The notes under the pieces are model-generated. The model was not told the origin of the DNA. It was given only the letters and a program-made list of their open reading frames with translations, and searched no databases. A stretch of DNA of 63,002 bases, filler included, from Intoshia linei (Eukaryota; Animalia; Orthonectida): the NCBI GenBank assembly GCA_001642005.1. It is 6 parts of 6 records of this genome, joined end to end, with 100 filler letters (N's around TTAATTAATTAA, not from the genome) between each part and the next. Parts side by side here need not be neighbours in the genome. Positions count along the whole stretch, not along the records: positions 43,558 to 56,838 come from LWCA01001034.1; positions 56,939 to 60,839 come from LWCA01002011.1; positions 60,940 to 63,002 come from LWCA01002508.1; 3 more parts are not named here. One strand, 5' to 3'. Below, in pieces: positions 55,811 to 63,002 of the stretch; position 1 is the first letter of the stretch; every line of letters begins with the position of its first letter. The position numbers and the translations under genes are program-made.

Positions 55811-56838
55811 CAGGGTGGGCCATAAGTCGCGCACTAAAGAATTAATATGGGGTGAATGTTAAATTTTTAACATATTTTACTCAATTTAGTCAAATATGTA
55901 AAAAAACCGATATTTTATCAACCCTTAAGGAAAAAATTTTTTTTACCAATATTATATATAGAAATCTGATTCCAAAAGAAAAGACCAAATTTAGATGTTT
56001 CGTGTACAAAATTGACTTAACGCTTTCATACACTCATACATTCAGATTAACCAAATTTCAAAATCAATTTTTTTTTAAGGTTCTCATCTAATTGATATTC
56101 TTATCAATAATTAAATTATGGCAATTACAATTACTATATTTTTTTTATTTCTGAATTATAGAGGTATCTACAATGTAGATTTAAACATGTTTACTCTCCT
56201 GAAAATATTGAAAATACCATGTATTATTTATGATTCCTGAAACAAACAATGAAAATTTAAAATGATGTGATCACGTGAAGACGTCATATGTACTTAAATT
56301 TAATTATTAGGTCGTTTTTTTAACAAAACTAAAAAGTTTATTTGATTACATTAAAAATAAAGTTATATTATAAAATATTCACCATTGCTTTCCAGTCTTT
56401 TTTTCCAACGTTCCGGTAGTCTATTTATACCATTAGCATAAAAACTCGCTTTTTTATTGGACAAAAACTTTTCTATGTCCAATTTTAACCCTTGATTTGA
56501 AGTGTATTTTTTATCATAGTAATGGTTATTCATAGCTTTAAATAGGTAATAATCAGATAGTGCTAAGTCTGGTGAATACGGTGGATGTGGTAATACTTAA
56601 AATTTTAAATCCTTTAGAAGCTGAGAGGTCTAGCATTGTCTTGTTGTAGAATAATATTGCCTTTACGAAACTTTAGTGGTCTTTTCAGGTAAACATTGTG
56701 ATTTAATTTTTCTAATTGTTCACAGTATTTATTAGAATTAATGGTTTTTTTGTTTTTTAGAAATTCATGATATACCATACCCTACATATCCCACCATATG
56801 CATAGCATGATCTTTTTACAGTGTAAATTGGGTTTTGG
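55811..56838 (-). mobile_element. mariner transposon, decayed, running into an assembly gap
   Basis: TA|CAGGGTG terminus. KIMLCIWWD...GMVYHEFL...TINS..YCEQL and LPHPPYSPDLALSDYYLF...GINRLPERW...NGEYF. Confidence 0.9.
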
Positions 56839-58559
56839 NNNNNNNNNNNNNNNNNNNNNNNNNNNNNNNNNNNNNNNNNNNNTTAATTAATTAANNNNNN
56901 NNNNNNNNNNNNNNNNNNNNNNNNNNNNNNNNNNNNNNATGTAAAAAAATTTGTCGACCGTAATATTGTTGACATTGAAACAAAATTACTGTCAAATTAT
57001 AACAAAATAAATATTTAAAATTTTAAAAACTATTGTTTCCATGATTTATCGTTTTTTTTCAAGATAATAAAGTATTTTCGTTTTTTTTACTGATTTTAAT
57101 TAATTAAAACGAAGAAACTAATAATACAAAAAAACTACACTCAATTGCCTCGAATCTGCATAACATTTTACATATCGTCATACAAAAATTATAAAAATTA
57201 ATCGATTAGAACAAACACAGTTCAATTTTTTAGCTCGGCTTCTACAGAGTTCATATTACTTTTTATTATTAAAATGTGTTTAAAACATTAATAACTGAAT
57301 TTCAACATGGGATATTCAGATTTTCATATTTAAAATAAATTTATCGTTATTATAAATGTTAGTATTTTTAAATTTGACCAATATTACAAAAACCCTTTTT
57401 TAAGGCAAAAACACCCTGTGAAGTTAAATATTAAAATTTTTATGTCCAAATTTGGTATATGTCTTAGTGGGTCATACATTAATCATATCCATCTTTAAAA
57501 AAAAAGAAATGGCGCCAATTAAGAAAAAGGGGAAAAAGCGCGCGAAAACCTTAAAATTCAAAAAGGGTACACATTTTTATGGTCATTTTTTCTAAAATTT
57601 TATTTTTATGGGTTTTAAAGTATTCTCTTCAAGGTAGGGGGTGGATTTTTTTCGAAACGAAAATTTTGTAAAAAATGAACAGCCCTAATATGATGAGTGT
57701 TATAAATAATATTACTATATTTTTTTGTTACCATAAAATGAATTGGATCGCATGTTTCTTGATGTGACTACTGTGGTCTATATATTATCATTTTATTACT
57801 TTTATTAATAAATACTTATTGATTTAATATCCGATAAATGTGCATTTTGTGATAATTCGTTAAAATTTCCATATATACGACATGGAAAACGAGCATTGAT
57901 CCAATATACGGTACTAAAACATTAATTTTTAATATGAAATTATGTTTAAGTCAATATATGTAATTTTTAATCTTTACTTAAATTTTCAATATAAATATAT
58001 TGAATTTCGACAACTACATTAGTTTTATATATAAAGTTGCAGTATTATAAAAAATATATTTGAAAAATTTAAACATGAGTAATGATTAATACGCATTAAA
58101 ATTAATATTATATTATATTCAATATAAAGGGTATACCTTTATGTATACTATAAATAATTTATTTTAATATACTAATTAAATCAATAGGTTTTCCGGCATA
58201 TGGAATAGTATCAATTGTTATGGAAGTATTCTTTTTATTTTTTATCATTGGATCATTTTTTGTATATAAATAATTATTTCTCTTTTCGATATGTCCAAGT
58301 CAGGATACAACAACCAGTGATTTATGGTATAATTNNNNTATTCTTTTTATTTTTTATCATTGGATCATTTTTTGTATATAGGTAATTATTTCTCTTTTCG
58401 ATATGTCCAAGTCAGGATACAACAACCAGTGATTTATGGTATAATTTTAGTGATCCTGTAGAAAAAATCTTAATTATTAGTATTAGTACATTTAACTTAA
58501 GTTGTACAGTAGGCTGTTAAATTTACATCTCGTCTCAACTAAAAAAATGTGTTTTTGAG

Positions 58560-59291
58560 TAACTAAGATTTTTTAAATTTTTTTCAATCTAAACCTCGCA
58601 CAATTTTCCAATAATAATAAAATAATATATTAATATTTGTTTATTTCTGTATATTTTTTGTTGGTATAATCGCTCACGAATGCGTAGATTTCTGAGGTAG
58701 AAATTTTGTATTTATATCAACTGGAATAAGCTCTATCAGAATAATCTAATTTTTTTAATTTTTAGACCGTTAATTATTTCACATTTTGTGTTTTACATTT
58801 GTTTTTTACATTTATATTTTTGTTTGTTAATAAAATATTTCGGAAAAAAAATATAGAAATACTAAAATTTTTTTTTGATAGTGAAGGCGTCACTTATTCA
58901 AATTGAAAATTTTGGTGTGTGTTAACAGAATACAACTGTACCACTATTAAATTTTGTAAATTCTAGGGTTGTTTTTATTATAAAAAAGTAATTTGGGGTT
59001 TTAGCCCTGAAGATACATTTTTTTTTTAAATTTAAATTTATGATAATATTTATGATTTTAAAATCCGTATCAAAGTGTATATTTTTTATAAATTCTTAAA
59101 ATTGTTTGATTTTCAAAAAAAAGGACAATTGATCTTTTTGTCCCGTAAGATGTGAGTTTGGGAGATTGAAATTTATTTTACTAACACTCCAGGAAAAAAC
59201 TGTAATAGAAATTCGGACTTTACAAAATTCTAAAACTGGTAATTATTGAATTAGACGTTAACACACACAACGCATATTATATAAGTAAGGA
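58560..59291 (-). mobile_element. Non-autonomous Helitron, 5' part
   Basis: Ends in tataagtaagga|t; extensive similarity to the reverse complement of 18730-19300. Confidence 0.7.
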
Positions 59292-59320
59292 TAATCATAT
59301 TTTTTTACGTTACATTACAC

Positions 59321-59647
59321 CAAGGGTCGGCAACATTTTGTATCTCGTGGGCCACTTTTTTATATCAAAAAATTATATGAGCCCAGTATTTGAAAATTTA
59401 CACATGCTACATTTCAATTTTAACTAAAGAGAAACAGTTCTAGTATATTCAACAAAATAAAATCCGGCATGATCTGAAAATTCAATATTAAAATGATTAT
59501 AATGAGCCAATTATAGTAGAAAATGTTTAAAACGTGTGTTAAAGTTGAAAAATATAAATATAAATAATTTACACATTTACTTAAAGGGCCACCAAAATTA
59601 TTCTGTTGGCCAATTTTGGCTTGCGGGCCACTGGTTCCCGACCCCTG
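59321..59647. mobile_element. hAT MITE, copy 3
   Basis: TIRs caagggtcgg / ccgacccctg and a perfect 8-bp TSD cattacac. Confidence 0.88.
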
Positions 59648-60939
59648 CATTACACATTACATGTATCATTTATTTTTCGAGTTCATCCGGTTAAAAAAGT
59701 CAATTAAAAAAGTTAGTGGCCTTGGAATCAAATCTGACATAATTTACTATTTAAAAATATAAGCTTATTTTAATTATATTTTTTTATTTATTATTTTTTA
59801 TTTGTAATAAGTTTGAATTATCTTTTTCTCTTATAAAACTTGAATGAATTTTTTTCACCTGTATCCGTTCATTGAAAACTGGATTAAATTTTTAACACAT
59901 TAGATAATTTCTGAGGGACACTGTATTCATTACATTGTAATACATTAGTTAACAGGTTATATATAATTAATAATATATCATCATCATTATATATATGATA
60001 ATCATGAAATGCAAAAAACGCAATTAATAATAAAAAAAATGTATTACATGTAATGTAATGTATTGATAAATTAAATTAAAAATATAGATTTGTATAATTT
60101 TATTTTATTTTTTTATATTCGTTATGGATTTGGAGTGACAAAATAGCCAATTCCAAATCCGTTTCCATAATTTGGTCTGACATATTAAATATCAGTGGTT
60201 TTGGGAAGCTGACTTTCTTTTAATATTTGTTTTTACTAGATTTTAAGATACTTTTTGTAATTTTAATTTCAATTAATTCAAAAAACACAATTTATTTTAA
60301 CTTAATTTCAACTAGTGATATTTGCTTAAATAAAATTTCTCTAAAACCAAACTACTAGACAAAATTAAAAAAATACAATAATGTAAATTTTACTAGGTTG
60401 ACTGTAATGTACTACGTACAAACAGCACCTAGCTCTGCCGAGAGCAGATCTTTATTATACCAAAAAAATAAATTCACCTAAAAATCTAACTTAACTTAAA
60501 TTTTAAATTTACTTGTAAATTAAAATATAAATACAATGTCACATGTGTATTAAAAATTGAAATATAATACACCCGATTCACAACAAACATTGGCCACATT
60601 ATCCTAATATAAAAAATAAATTACTCTGAAAAAATATTTATTTAAAACAATCAAAATTTCATATTTTGATTATATATTTTTTTCTTGGTTTTTTATACTG
60701 ATACATTATTTTTTTCTGCAATTATTGTGTTCTAAAAAATGAAATTAAAAATATTTAAACTATAAATAGCTAAAATATTTATATTGTTAATTTTACACTT
60801 ATTTCGAAGTCGTCTAGATTCTTTGGCTCTTGAAATTAANNNNNNNNNNNNNNNNNNNNNNNNNNNNNNNNNNNNNNNNNNNNTTAATTAATTAANNNNN
60901 NNNNNNNNNNNNNNNNNNNNNNNNNNNNNNNNNNNNNNN

Positions 60940-63002
60940 AAGTTAAGACAACCCTTAATTATTACACTAATTATTAAATTTTTAAAAAATTACCGGGATC
61001 TAAAAAAATCAATTATTATGAGATACCCTACAACAACGGGCGAATTGCGCTATTAATAATATAATGATAAGTTAAGACAACCCTTAATTATTACACTAAT
61101 TATTAAATTTTTAAAAAATTACTAGGATCTAAAAAAATCAATTATTATGAGATACCCTACAACAACGAGCAAATTGCTCTATAAGTAATATCATGATAAG
61201 TTAAAAAAACCCTTAATTATTAAATTTTTAAAAAATTACCGGGAACTAAACAAATTAATTATTTGGAAATACTGTATGATAACGGGCAAATTGCTCTATA
61301 TAGAATATAATGATAAGTTAAGACAACCCTTAATTATTAAATTTTTAAAAAATTACTTTTATCTAAACAAATTAATTATTTGGAAATACTGTATGATAAC
61401 GGGCAAATTGCTCTAGATAGAATATAATGATAAGTTAAAACAATCTTAATTATTACACTAGTTATTAAATTTTTAATAAATTACCGGCCTCTAAAAAAAT
61501 AAGTTATTATGAGATACCCTACAACAACGGGCGAATTGCTTTATATAGAATATAATGATAAGTTAAGACAACCCTTAATTATTAAATTTTTAAAAAATTA
61601 CCGTCATCTAAACAAATTAATTATTTGAAAATACTGTANTAGAATATAATGATAAGTTAAGACAACCCTTAATTATTACACTAATTATTAAATTTTTAAC
61701 AAATTACTGGGAGCTAAATAAATTAATTATTATAAGATACCCTACAACAACGGGCGAATTGCTCTATATATAATATAATGATAAAATACGACAACCCTTA
61801 ATTATTACACTTATTATTAAATTTTTAAAAAATTACTGGGAACTAAAGAAATTAATTATTTGGAAATACTGTATGATAACGGGTAAATTGCTTTATATGA
61901 AATATAATAATAAGTTAAAACAACCCTTAATTATTACACTAATTATTAAATTTTTAACAAATTACGGGGATCTAAAAAAATTCATTAATTGGAGATACCG
62001 TATGACAACGGGCGAATTTTCTATATAAACCAGCGGTTACCATTTTAATTACCATTGCATGTGAAATTATGTGACCATCTGAACAAATTAAATTCAATAT
62101 TCGTCGAATTTAAACATTCTAAATTTTGTACAATCCCGTCACAGTTTACATTAAATTTTGAACCATATCTGTATTTGTATATTTCATTTAACGATTTAAT
62201 GCTCGATTTTGGTACTGATAAAGGGTGACAACCTAAATTTTAATTTTAATTTATCTGACTATATAGGATTTTTCAAAAATGAGTCTCACGAAACCGTACT
62301 CAAATATAAAAAACCCCACTCGAGAAACTCTGATATATACATTTTAATTATACTGTTAGTCTCTTGTAAATACTAGTGGTTGCTACCACATTAAAGTGAG
62401 TAAATTAATACTACACGATTTACATAATTATGATAAATGAGATTAATATAGTTNTATATAGAATATAATGATAAGTTAAGACAACCCTTAATTATTAAAT
62501 TTTTAAAAAATTACCGTCATCTAAACAAATTAATTATTTGAAAATACTGTATAATAACGGGCAAATTGCTCTATATTGAATATAATGATAAGTTAAAACA
62601 ATTCTTAATTATTACACTAATTATTAAATTTTTAAAAAATTACTAAAACCTAAAAAAATAAATTATTAGGAGATACCGTATGGCAACGAGCGAATTGCTT
62701 TATATAAAATATAATGATAAGTTAAAACAACCCTTAATTATTAAACTAATTATTAAATTTTTAAAAATTTACCGATAACTAAAAAAATTAATTATATAAA
62801 AATACTGTATGATAACGGGCAAATTGTTCTATATAAAATATAATAAGTTAAGACAACCTGTAATTATTACACTAATTATTAAATTTTTAAAAAATTACTG
62901 GGAACTAAAAAAATTAATTATTTGGAAATAAAGTATGATAACAAGCAAATTGCTCTATATAAAATATAATGATAAGTTAAGACAACCCTTAATTATTACA
63001 CT
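60940..63002. repeat. Satellite/tandem array, ~129-bp unit with ~117-bp variants, interrupted at ~62025-62450
   Basis: gataagttaagacaacccttaattattacactaattattaaatttttaaaaaattacc...aacgggcgaattgc recurs, with unit markers at 60942, 61071, 61200, 61317 and onward. Confidence 0.95.

Noticed and set aside
58219-58447. Direct duplication of ~110 bp around NNNN
   Set aside because: Near-identical overlap on both sides of a tiny gap; typical unmerged contig ends.
57737-60240. Hydrophobic exon-like segments of a possible membrane-protein gene
   Set aside because: No consistent spliced frame or family could be identified.
30996-60939. TTAATTAATTAA palindrome recurring five times
   Set aside because: Always centred in identical 100-nt N gaps; a scaffolding linker, not biology.
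60940-63002. Regular repeats resembling a CRISPR array
   Set aside because: Whole units repeat with no unique spacers, in a eukaryotic context with no cas genes.

Overview
Very AT-rich eukaryotic (metazoan) draft-genome window with short GT-AG introns, five 100-nt scaffold gaps padded with an artificial TTAATTAATTAA linker, and many mostly degraded DNA transposons (hAT/Buster, hATm-like, Tigger/pogo, Tc1, mariner, Chapaev-type, Merlin, piggyBac MITE, non-autonomous Helitrons), often nested. Recognisable host genes: MFAP1, a 5S rRNA gene, a divergent CDC20/Fizzy-family gene, an SZT2-like N-terminal gene, DZANK1 (5' part), a dynein heavy-chain C-terminal part, a CASK/p55-type MAGUK and RPL4. 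There is also a tandem family of four orphan 80-aa ORFs and a ~129-bp satellite at the right end. The most notable element is a decayed ~1.2-kb endogenous copy of a negative-strand RNA virus (rhabdovirus-like Mononegavirales) L polymerase gene at ~54586-55809 (minus strand). It runs from the PRNTase capping region to the cap-methyltransferase SAM motif and lies between a Tigger transposase remnant and a mariner insertion just downstream of RPL4. All family assignments come from manual translation and recalled motifs; no database search was run, and exon boundaries are manual predictions.
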